A stretch of DNA of 45,754 bases. Source: an uncultured Anaerolineales bacterium (GTDB taxonomy: Bacteria; Chloroflexota; Anaerolineae; Epilineales; Epilineaceae). Positions 26,614 through 34,635 of this stretch are shown in pieces; within the stretch, counting starts at the first letter, position 1; each line of letters begins with the position of its first letter. The notes beneath the pieces are model-generated. The model was given only the letters and a program-made list of their open reading frames with translations, was not told the origin of the DNA and did not search any database. The stretch is taken from assembly GCA_964415605.1 (NCBI GenBank), contig CAYQBA010000011.1, forward strand, positions 1 through 45,754, written 5' to 3'. A program made the translations under genes and the position numbers.

Positions 26614-27959
26614 GATTGCCGCGCCCGACGGCATCGCCCGCGGCCGCGCCGCGGGTGGCCTACCTGATGTCGCGCTTCCCGAAGCTGACCGAGACGTTCG
26701 TGCTGTACGAGATGCTGGCCGTCGAGGCGGCCGGCGTGCCGGTCGACGTGTACCCGCTCCTGCGCGCACGGGACACCGGCGTGCACACCGAGGGCGCCAC
26801 CGTGCGGACCAAGCTGGCCGAGCGCTTCAAGCCGGCGCGGGCCGACGCCGTGATGCACGCCGAGGCCGCGGGCCTCGTCCGGCGGGCGCGCTACCAGCCG
26901 CTCCTCTCGCCGGCGATCCTGGCGTCGCAGGCCTACTGGCTGGCGCGGCGCCCCGTGGCCTACCTGTCGGCGTTGGGCACCCTGGTGCGGGCCAACCTCG
27001 GCAGCCGGCGGCTGCTGGGCGGCGCGCTCGCGTTCTTCCCGCAGGCCGCGCACAACGCCCGCCAGATGCAGGCCGATGGCGTGACCCACGTCCACGCGCA
27101 CTTCGCCACGCACCCGGCGGCGATGGCGTGGGCGATCCACCGCTTGACGGGGATCCCATACAGCTTCACGGCCCACGGCTCCGACCTGCACGTCGACCGC
27201 CACATGCTGACCGAGAAGGTGTCCGAGGCGGCGTTCGTCGCCACGGTGTCTGAGTACAACCGCCGGCTCATCGCCGACACATGCGGCCCGCGCCTCGGCG
27301 CATCCGTTCGCGACAAGGTGCACGTGGTCCGCTGCGGGGTGGACACGGCGGTCTTCCAACCGGCGTCCACCCCCACCACCCAGGATCGCCCCCCGTTCAC
27401 CGTGCTGTGCATCGGCACGCTGTACGAGGTGAAGGGGCAGACGTACCTCGTCGAGGCCTGCCGGCGGCTGGTAGAGGCCGGCGTCGACGTGCGCGCCTGG
27501 CTCGTCGGCGAGGGGCAGTACCGCGACCGGCTGGCGGCCCAGATCGACGCCGCCGGGCTGGCGGGGCGGGTGCACCTCCTGGGGCGGCGCACGCGCGCCG
27601 AGATCGCGGACCTGTTGCGGCAGGCCGACGTCCTGGCCGTGCCGAGCGTGCCGACGGCCGATGGCCGGCGCGAGGGCATCCCCGTGGTGCTGATGGAAGC
27701 CATGGCCAGCGGCGTGGCCGTGGTCGCCAGCGACCTCTCGGGCATCCCGGAGCTGGTCACCGATGGCGAGACCGGCCTCCTCGCGCCGCCGCGCGACGCC
27801 GCGGCGTTGGCCAACGCCCTGGCGCGCCTGGCGGCCGACCCGGCGCTGCGCCGGCGGCTCGGAGAGGCCGGCCGCGAGCGGGTGCTCGCCGAGTACGACG
27901 TCGAGCGCAATGCGGCCCGGCTGGCGGCGCGCTTCGCGGCGGCCGGAGCGACGTCGTGA
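26610..27959 (+). CDS. GT-B fold glycosyltransferase (family 4, WcaL-like)
   Basis: An ATGA overlap joins it to the upstream gene. Motifs: 'VAYLMSRFPKLTETFVLYEMLA', 'HAHFATHPA', 'VLCIGTLYEVKG', 'REGIPVVLMEAMASGVAVVASDLSGIPELV.DGETGLL' (E-x7-E). Confidence 0.8.
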   Translation: MRLPRPTASPAAAPRVAYLMSRFPKLTETFVLYEMLAVEAAGVPVDVYPLLRARDTGVHTEGATVRTKLAERFKPARADAVMHAEAAGLVRRARYQPLLSPAILASQAYWLARRPVAYLSALGTLVRANLGSRRLLGGALAFFPQAAHNARQMQADGVTHVHAHFATHPAAMAWAIHRLTGIPYSFTAHGSDLHVDRHMLTEKVSEAAFVATVSEYNRRLIADTCGPRLGASVRDKVHVVRCGVDTAVFQPASTPTTQDRPPFTVLCIGTLYEVKGQTYLVEACRRLVEAGVDVRAWLVGEGQYRDRLAAQIDAAGLAGRVHLLGRRTRAEIADLLRQADVLAVPSVPTADGRREGIPVVLMEAMASGVAVVASDLSGIPELVTDGETGLLAPPRDAAALANALARLAADPALRRRLGEAGRERVLAEYDVERNAARLAARFAAAGATS

Positions 27960-29494
27960 TCGCCCCGCTGGCGCTGTGGCGGGCCCGCTGGCAAGACCGC
28001 CATGAACGCGACCAGCTGCTCCAGGACCTGCGCCCGCCGCTGGCGGCGCTGGCCGGCGCGGCGGCCCTCGGCGCGCTGACACCCTCTTCGCCCGAGGTGG
28101 TCGTGATCGTGCTCGCGGCGCTCGCCGCCGGGTTCGTGCTCCTGGGCTGGCCCGACATGTGCGTCCCGCTGGTGATGTTCGTGATCTGGAGCGACGCGGC
28201 TTCGGTGGCGATCGGCTCACACGGCGTGCCGGCCATCGTCGGCATGGGGCTGCCGGCGCTGCTGCTGGTGCCGATCGCGCACCGCCTGGTGTTCCAGCGC
28301 GACCGGCTGACGTTCCATCCGGTCATGAAGTGGATGGTCGGCTACCTCGGCGTCCTCGTCGTCGGCACGCTGTTCGCGCGGCGGATCGACCTGGCGCAGC
28401 GCGAGATCGTGGTGTTCCTGACCGAGGGGCTGCTCCTGGTCTTCCTCATCACCAACGCGGTGCGCGGGCCGCGTGTCCTGCGCGCCGCCACGTGGGGGAT
28501 CGTGCTGGGCGGGATGTTCCTGGGGCTGCTGTCGTCCTACCAGCAGGTGACCGGCACGTTCGAGAACGACTACTGGGGGTTCGCCAAGGTCACGGCCGCG
28601 ACGTTCGGCACGGGCGAGGAGTCGCTGGGCACCGAGGTGCGCCAGGTGCGGCTGGGCGGCCCGTTGGGCGACCAGAACCGCTACGCCCAGAACGAGCTGA
28701 TCGTGGCGTTCCTGGCGCTGTTCCTGGCGTGGTCCGAGCGGCGCATGCCGTTGCGGCTGTTGGCGCTGGCGGGGGCCGGGTTCGCGGCGGCCGGTTCGGC
28801 GCTCACGTTCTCGCGGGGAGCGGCGGTGTCGTTCGTGCTGGCCCTGGGGGTCATGGTGTTCCTGCGCTACATCCAGGTGCGCCACCTGGTCGTGGTGCTT
28901 CTGGGCGCCGGGCTGTTGCTGTTTGCCTTGCCGCAGTTCTCGCAGCGGCTGCTGTCGCTGGCGGTGCTGACCTCGGCCGGCGACGACGACACGGCCGGCC
29001 TGCAATCGGCGGATGGCGCCACGCGCGGGCGGCTCAACGAGATGATCTCGGCGGCGATGGCCTACGGCGACCACCCGATCATCGGGGTGGGGCCGGGGAT
29101 GTTCCGGCTGGTGTTCCTGGACTATGCCGAGGACGCCGGCTACAAGGCGCAGCTCAAGCCGCGCGAGGCCCACAACCTGTTCCTCGGCATCGCCGCCGAC
29201 ACCGGCACGCTGGGGCTCGTGACGTTCGGCGGCGTGCTGGTGATCACGCTGGCGGCGCTGCACCGCGAGCGGTCGCGCTGGCTGCGTCGCCGGCCGGCCC
29301 TGGCGATGCTGGTGGCCGGCTACCTCATGATGGTCGTCGCGTATCTGGCCACGGGCGTGTTCCTGCACATGGCTTACGAGCGCTTCTACTGGTGCATCAT
29401 CGGCATGGCGTGCGCCGCGGCCACGGTGGCGGCGCGCGAAGCCGAGATCGAGGCCGAGCAGCGGCCCGGCGGGGCGGGCCTCCCGGCGGCTTGA
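27956..29494 (+). CDS. O-antigen ligase/polymerase (Wzy_C) family polytopic membrane protein
   Basis: A GTGA overlap joins it to the upstream gene. At least ten hydrophobic helices are visible. 'LTFSRGAAVSFVLALGV' and the loop 'PIIGVGPGMFRLVF...AHNLFLGIAADTG' are typical of the family. Confidence 0.75.
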   Translation: MIAPLALWRARWQDRHERDQLLQDLRPPLAALAGAAALGALTPSSPEVVVIVLAALAAGFVLLGWPDMCVPLVMFVIWSDAASVAIGSHGVPAIVGMGLPALLLVPIAHRLVFQRDRLTFHPVMKWMVGYLGVLVVGTLFARRIDLAQREIVVFLTEGLLLVFLITNAVRGPRVLRAATWGIVLGGMFLGLLSSYQQVTGTFENDYWGFAKVTAATFGTGEESLGTEVRQVRLGGPLGDQNRYAQNELIVAFLALFLAWSERRMPLRLLALAGAGFAAAGSALTFSRGAAVSFVLALGVMVFLRYIQVRHLVVVLLGAGLLLFALPQFSQRLLSLAVLTSAGDDDTAGLQSADGATRGRLNEMISAAMAYGDHPIIGVGPGMFRLVFLDYAEDAGYKAQLKPREAHNLFLGIAADTGTLGLVTFGGVLVITLAALHRERSRWLRRRPALAMLVAGYLMMVVAYLATGVFLHMAYERFYWCIIGMACAAATVAAREAEIEAEQRPGGAGLPAA

Positions 29495-29537
29495 TCCGGC
29501 CGACCGCAACAAGGCCGGCCCCCGGCCCCGTCGCGGC

Positions 29538-31217
29538 TCAGGCGTAGCGCGGGTAGACCGGCTCGAACATCGCGCCGCGGATGGCGACGGGAAGGTCGGG
29601 CGGTCGCGGGGCGGCGGCCAGGCCGCGCTCGAACGCCACGCCGGCCACGGTGACGGCGATACGGGCGGACACGTCGCGGATGCGGTCCAACGCCGGGAAC
29701 AGCCGTCCGACATCGAGGTCGGCGTCGGTGACTTCGGCCGCCAGGGTCTTGGCGGCCACGAGGAACATCTCGTCGGTGACGCGGCGGGCGCCGCTGGCGA
29801 TGACGCCGAGGCCGACGCCAGGGAAGATGTAGGCGTTGTTGCCCTGGCCGGGCTCGAGCCGGCGCCCGCCGACGACCACGGGCTCGAACGGGCTGCCGCT
29901 GGCGAAGACGGCGCGGCCGCCGCTCCACGCATAGGCCTCCGCCGCCGTGCATTCCGACTTGGATGTCGGGTTTGACAGCGCGAGGATCAGCGGGCGGTCG
30001 TTGGCGGCGGCCATCGCCTCGATCACGTCTTGCCTGAACGCCCCCGCTACGCCGGAGACGCCGACGATCGCCGTCGGGTGCAGCGACTCGACGGCGGCGA
30101 GGAAGTCGCCGGCGGGCGGATGGTCGTGGGCGTACCGGCGCTTGTGGTCGGTGAGGTCGGCGCGCTCACGGACGACGAGGCCCCGCGAGTCGTAGAACCA
30201 GCACTGGGCGTCGGCTTCGGCGGCAGGCACGCCCCGCTCCGCCAGCGCGGCGCCGATCATGTGGGCGATGCCGATGCCGGCCTCGCCGGCGCCGAGGAAC
30301 AGGAAGCGCTGGCGGGGGAGCGGCACGCCCGTCAGCCGTTCGGCGGCGAGGAGGCCGGCCAGGATGACGCTGCCGGTGCCCTGGATGTCGTCGTTGAACA
30401 CGCAGTGTCGGTCGCGGTAGCGATCGAGCAGGCGAAACGCGTTGGCGTTCCCGAAGTCTTCGAGCTGCACCACGACGTTCGGCCACCGGGCGGTGGCCGC
30501 CTGCATGAGCTCGTCGACGAGGTCGTCGTAGGCGGCGCCGCGCAGCCGGCGCCTCGGCAGCCCGACGTACAGCGGGTCGGCGAGCAGCTCGGGGTTCTCG
30601 GTGCCGACGTCGAGGGTGACCGGCAGGCACTGGGTGGGGGCAATGCCCGCGCAGGCGGAGTAGAGCGCGAGCTTGCCCACGGGGATGCCCATGCCGTGCG
30701 CGCCGAGGTCGCCGAGGCCGAGAATGCGCTCGCCGTCGGTGACGACGATGATGCGCACGTCGGGGTGCGGCCAGTTGGCGAGCACGTCGGCGACGCAGCC
30801 GCGGTCGTCCGCGGAGACGAACATCCCGCGCGGCCGGCGGAAGATGTGGCCGTAGGCTTGGCACGCCTGGCCGACGGTGGGGGTGTAGATGATCGGCATC
30901 AACTCGGCAAGGTGGGTGGTGATGACGCGGTAGAACAGCGTCTCGTTGCGGTCCTGCAGCCCGTTGAGGAAGATGTACTTCTCGAGGTCGTTGGGCTTGC
31001 GCGCGAGGTTCTCCATGGCGCGCTGGACCTGGAGGTCGTCGGGCAGGACGCGCGGCGGCAGGAGGCCGCGAAGACCGAGCGCGTCGCGCTCGGCGGCGGT
31101 GAAGGCCATACCCTTGTTGCGGACGGGGTCGTGCAGCAGGCGTACGCCGCGCGGGAAGTCGGTGGAGATGGGCGTGGGGTGTGCCTCGGCGCCCGAGGTC
31201 GGCGCTTGCGCCGTCAC
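29538..31217 (-). CDS. NAD(P)-dependent malic enzyme (large, SfcA-type)
   Basis: 'LLHDPVRNKGMAFTAAERDALGLRGLLPP', 'YTPTVGQAC', 'VVTDGERILGLGDLG', 'FNDDIQGTGSV', 'FLGAGEAGIGIA'. The GTG start at 31217 overlaps the upstream stop by 4 nt (GTGA). Confidence 0.9.
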   Translation of the reverse strand: MTAQAPTSGAEAHPTPISTDFPRGVRLLHDPVRNKGMAFTAAERDALGLRGLLPPRVLPDDLQVQRAMENLARKPNDLEKYIFLNGLQDRNETLFYRVITTHLAELMPIIYTPTVGQACQAYGHIFRRPRGMFVSADDRGCVADVLANWPHPDVRIIVVTDGERILGLGDLGAHGMGIPVGKLALYSACAGIAPTQCLPVTLDVGTENPELLADPLYVGLPRRRLRGAAYDDLVDELMQAATARWPNVVVQLEDFGNANAFRLLDRYRDRHCVFNDDIQGTGSVILAGLLAAERLTGVPLPRQRFLFLGAGEAGIGIAHMIGAALAERGVPAAEADAQCWFYDSRGLVVRERADLTDHKRRYAHDHPPAGDFLAAVESLHPTAIVGVSGVAGAFRQDVIEAMAAANDRPLILALSNPTSKSECTAAEAYAWSGGRAVFASGSPFEPVVVGGRRLEPGQGNNAYIFPGVGLGVIASGARRVTDEMFLVAAKTLAAEVTDADLDVGRLFPALDRIRDVSARIAVTVAGVAFERGLAAAPRPPDLPVAIRGAMFEPVYPRYA

Positions 31218-34200
31218 GGAGCGCGCCGGCCGAAGGGGCGGAGCGGCAGGCGGCGGTCAAGCGCAAACCGTGACGGCGGCGCCGCGGGCCGTAGCCGCAG
31301 CACAAGCTCCGGATGCCGCACGGGGGCCTCCTTGCTGTGGAAGTAGATGCTGTTCTCGCTGTCGGTGCTCAGGCCGAAGCTGACGGGGCCGTTGCCGGCG
31401 ACAGCGGGCGACACGTCGAGCTCGACGTAGGCTTCGGTCCGCACCGGCGCCGCCGTGGCCAGCGGCGGCCCCGTCAGCGGCGGGGCGCTGTTCCACGTCA
31501 GCTCGAGCTCCGTCCACGGTGCGCTGCCGTCGGCGAACGTGTCGGCCACCCGCCGGACCGCCACGCCCGTTCCGCCGTCGTAGGCGTACAGCCGCAGCGT
31601 GGCGGTCAAGACGTCGCGCGGATCGGCGAGCCCGTCGACCTCGAACTTGAGGTAGCTGGTGTAGACCGTCGTCGTGATGCCGGCGCGCAGGCGCAGCTGC
31701 GGCGCATCGCCGAAGGCGCGGTCCGGTGCCGTGCTCTGGACGCGCGCGTCGTGCACCGGCTCGAACAGCCTCACGCTGCCGGGCTCGAACGTCGGCGACG
31801 GCGTGAAGGTGGGCGTGATGCTCGGCGTGTGCGTCGGGCCGACGGTCCGCGTGGCGCTCGGCGTCGGCCGCGGGCCGGTTCGCGAGGCCCATGGCAGGTA
31901 CGCGCGCCCGGCCGGCGGCGTCGCGGTCGCGGTCCGGGTCGGCGATGGCGTGCGGGTCGCGGTGGCCGGCGTGCCCGACCCCGGCGTGTCGGTCGGGGTG
32001 ACCGGGGCGGGCGTGTCGGTCGGCGTGACCGGCGTGGCCGTGGGTGTGGGCGGCACGGGCGTCGGCGGCGTCACGGGGTTCGAAGGATCGGGGCGCACGC
32101 GCACGATCAGCTCGGGACGTCGATCCGGCGCCTCCTTGCTGTGGAAGTAGAGGCTGTTCTCGCCGCTGGTGCTCAGCCCGAAGCTGACCGGGCCGTTGCC
32201 GGTCACCGCGGCCGCGACGTCGAGGTCGACGTACGCCTCGTCCATCACCGGGGCGGCCACCGCGAGCGGCTCGCCCGCCATGGCCGGCGCGTTGCTCCAG
32301 GTCAGCGCCGCCTCGGTCCACGGGGCGCTGCCGTCGGCGAACGTGTCCGCCACCCGGCGGACCGCGAGGTCCGGACCGCCGTCGTAGGCGTAGACCCGCA
32401 GCGTCGCGGTGAGGATCGCCGCCGGATCCGGGATCCCGCTGACCTCGAACTTGAGGTAGCTCGTGTGGATCGTCGTCGTCACGCCGGTCCGGACGCGGAG
32501 CTGGGCCGAGTCGCCGAAGCCCTTGTTCGGCGAGCTGCTCTGGACCCGGGTGTCGTGGATGGGCGCGAACACCAGGGCGCTGCCGGGCGCGAACGTCGGC
32601 GACGGCGTGAACGTCGGCAATGCCGTCCGTGTCGCGCTGGGAGTCGGTGTCGCCGACGGCGGGGGCGTGTCGGACGGTGTCGGGGGCGGCGCGTCGGTCG
32701 GCGTCGCCACATCCGTCGGCAAGGGCGTCGGCGTGGCGCTGGGGCGGACGACGTTGGCCGGGGTCGGCGCCGCCGCGATCCGCATGTCGATGATCAGGAG
32801 CGGCGGCGCGGTGTCGGCCTCGCGGCTGTTGTAGTCGACGCGGTCCGCCGACGCGTTGGCCAGCCCGAAGCTGTAGGTGCCGTCGCCGGGCACGGCCGTC
32901 GACACGTCGAATACCGCCCACTGGTTGTCGGCGACGGCGCCGCCGCGTGCCAGCGGCGTGCCGGTCAGCGGCGGGGCGTTGTGCCACGTCACGTTGTCCT
33001 CGGTCCACGGGGTGGGGGTGGTGTTGGGCGTGGTCGTTGGGTACTGATCCGCCACGGCGTACAGGTCGCCCGCGTCGTCGCTGCCGTTGTTGGCGAACAG
33101 GTGCAGGCGCGCCGTGCGGCGGTGGCCGACAACGGCGGCGGCATCCTCGACCTCGAAGCGCCAGTAGCCGCGCATCACCTGGTCGGGCGCCTTCCGAACC
33201 TGGATCTCGCTCCCGCCGCCGAAGCTCTTGTCGGGCTCGGTGTCGCGCACCATGGCGTCGTCGCTGGCGCGCGCGACGAAGGCCGAGCCCGGCACGGGCC
33301 ACAGCGTGTGCACGCGCTTGAGGTCGATGTCCAGGTATCGGAGCACGACCGGCGCGCCCGGCAGCGCCGTCTGCTTGTTGCCGCACGCGCCGAGGTTGGG
33401 ATCGTACACGCCGAGGGCGTAGAACTGGCCGGTGGCGCGGCGGATGCGCGGCAGCCGGACGTCCGGCTTGCAGACCACGCCCTCGAGCGTGCTGCTGGCG
33501 ATCGGGAAGGTGGGTGGGTCGGCTGTCAGGCGGCAGGCGCCGTTGCCCTCGCCGATCCACGCCTCGTCGCCGCCGAGCGCGTTGACCACCGTGGCGCGGC
33601 ATGTCAGCTCGCCGCTGGTGTACCGCCCCTGCTCGAGGTCGTAGGCCCGCCGGAGCCGGACGTCGTCGCTGGTCGGATCGGCCGGCAGGTCGAAGATCTG
33701 CACCCGCTTGCCCTTCCGGTCGCCGACGGCCAGCGCCCGCCCGTCGGGGCTGATCCCGATGTCGGTGAAGCTGTTGAACTGACCGCGCTCCTCGCCCTTC
33801 TCGCCGAATCGGAAGAGGTCGGCGCCATCCGGCGCGAACACCCGGATGGTGTAGTCGGTGCGGTCGGCGACGAACACGCGGCCGTCGGGAGCGACGGCGA
33901 TGCCGCTGCCCTTGATCTTTGGCCACTCGGCGATGTACCCGCCGTCGAGGTCGTAGACCACGACACGCTTCGAGCCGGCGTCGAGCACGTAGAGCCGGTC
34001 GCGGCCGCTCACCGGATCGCGGCCGACGGCGACCTGCGCCGGCGTCTCGAGGCGCGCCTCGTCCGGCCCGGCCAGCCCGATCGGCGCGCCGAACTCGCCC
34101 CACGGCCACATCACCTGCACGACGCCGGGCCCGGGGTCGCTGAGGTACACCCGTCCGTCGGGCGCCACGTCCAGGCTGACGGGCCGCTGCAGCACCCCCT

Positions 34201-34351
34201 GCAGCATGGGGGCGGCATCGGGGGTGGCCATCGAGCGGTGGGGCGAGCTGAGGCCGACGGTGGTGGCCAGCAGCGCGATCGCCGCGACCGCCCCGGCGCG
34301 GCGGCGCACGGCGGGAGCGATCGAAGAGGCGACGTTGACGGGGCGCGTCAT
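31214..34351 (-). CDS. Secreted protein: NHL-repeat beta-propeller head + 3 DNRLRE-type modules separated by PT linkers
   Basis: The start is set at ATG 34351, giving signal peptide 'RRRAGAVAAIALLATTVGLSSP'. The upstream part of the ORF back to 34465 overlaps the divergent promoter. NHL-like blades: 'RLYVLDAGSKRVVVYDLDG', 'GIAVAPDGRVFVADRTDYTIRVFAPDG', 'GQFNSFTDIGISPDGRALAVGDRKGKRVQIFDL'. Three modules have 'HD.RVQSS.P...FGD..QLR.R.G.......SYLKFEV.G......LTATLR.YAYDGG...AVRRVAD.FADGSAPWTE..LTW..AP'. Confidence 0.85.
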   Translation of the reverse strand: MTRPVNVASSIAPAVRRRAGAVAAIALLATTVGLSSPHRSMATPDAAPMLQGVLQRPVSLDVAPDGRVYLSDPGPGVVQVMWPWGEFGAPIGLAGPDEARLETPAQVAVGRDPVSGRDRLYVLDAGSKRVVVYDLDGGYIAEWPKIKGSGIAVAPDGRVFVADRTDYTIRVFAPDGADLFRFGEKGEERGQFNSFTDIGISPDGRALAVGDRKGKRVQIFDLPADPTSDDVRLRRAYDLEQGRYTSGELTCRATVVNALGGDEAWIGEGNGACRLTADPPTFPIASSTLEGVVCKPDVRLPRIRRATGQFYALGVYDPNLGACGNKQTALPGAPVVLRYLDIDLKRVHTLWPVPGSAFVARASDDAMVRDTEPDKSFGGGSEIQVRKAPDQVMRGYWRFEVEDAAAVVGHRRTARLHLFANNGSDDAGDLYAVADQYPTTTPNTTPTPWTEDNVTWHNAPPLTGTPLARGGAVADNQWAVFDVSTAVPGDGTYSFGLANASADRVDYNSREADTAPPLLIIDMRIAAAPTPANVVRPSATPTPLPTDVATPTDAPPPTPSDTPPPSATPTPSATRTALPTFTPSPTFAPGSALVFAPIHDTRVQSSSPNKGFGDSAQLRVRTGVTTTIHTSYLKFEVSGIPDPAAILTATLRVYAYDGGPDLAVRRVADTFADGSAPWTEAALTWSNAPAMAGEPLAVAAPVMDEAYVDLDVAAAVTGNGPVSFGLSTSGENSLYFHSKEAPDRRPELIVRVRPDPSNPVTPPTPVPPTPTATPVTPTDTPAPVTPTDTPGSGTPATATRTPSPTRTATATPPAGRAYLPWASRTGPRPTPSATRTVGPTHTPSITPTFTPSPTFEPGSVRLFEPVHDARVQSTAPDRAFGDAPQLRLRAGITTTVYTSYLKFEVDGLADPRDVLTATLRLYAYDGGTGVAVRRVADTFADGSAPWTELELTWNSAPPLTGPPLATAAPVRTEAYVELDVSPAVAGNGPVSFGLSTDSENSIYFHSKEAPVRHPELVLRLRPAAPPSRFALDRRLPLRPFGRRAP

Positions 34352-34359
34352 GGACGGCA

Positions 34360-34368
34360 ATTCTATCA
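34360..34368 (-). promoter_or_regulatory. Candidate extended -10 element (TGaTAGAAT) giving a leaderless or near-leaderless transcript for the 31214..34351 gene
   Basis: On the minus strand the sequence reads ...ccgTGATAGAATtgccgtccATG. The -10 ends 8 nt before the ATG, and no Shine-Dalgarno is present. No convincing -35 was found. Confidence 0.3.
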
Positions 34369-34446
34369 CGGATCGGGGAGACCGCGTGACGGGGCATCGA
34401 GGCGCCTGCCGCCGGAGCGTGCGGAATGCGTTGCTGGCGTGCGGGG

Positions 34447-34475
34447 TTGACAAACGCGCGTGCAAATGTTAAGAT
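34447..34475 (+). promoter_or_regulatory. Near-consensus sigma70-type promoter: TTGACA - 17 nt - TAAGAT with a TGn extension
   Basis: TTGACA is at 34447-34452 and TG at 34467-34468, with one spacer nt before TAAGAT at 34470-34475. The spacer is exactly 17 nt. The element sits in the only AT-leaning patch of the divergent intergenic region. The predicted leader to ATG 34636 is about 150 nt. Confidence 0.55.
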
Positions 34476-34635
34476 GGTGTTCCCCACACGCCGGATGGTT
34501 CAGCATCGATATTGACTTTGCCGCATTCCCGGCGAGCCGTCCTGCCCCGGCTCCCAGGGGGGATTCCGCCAGACCACCGCGTCGGCGGCCGACCCCGTCC
34601 AGCAGCCCGTTTTCAAGACCTTGGGAGCGATTGTC

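Noticed and set aside
29495-29537. Short GC hairpins (ccggcc...ggccgg, ggccgg ccc ccggcc) between the convergent Wzy-like and malic-enzyme genes as terminators.
   Set aside because: The stems are only 6 bp with alternative pairings in GC-rich sequence. This is too weak to call as a feature.
29538-31217. Malic enzyme as the decarboxylating partner that could pull the PEP mutase reaction.
   Set aside because: It has fully canonical malic-enzyme motifs, sits on the opposite strand 18 kb from pepM, and I know of no precedent. It is kept only as an operon-structure oddity.
34482-34635. The long leader of the 34636 gene as a known riboswitch.
   Set aside because: I could not recognise any conserved riboswitch core (TPP, SAM, cobalamin, c-di-GMP, glycine, etc.). 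Only a modest 7-nt anti-RBS complementarity was found, and it is reported as a low-interest hypothesis instead.
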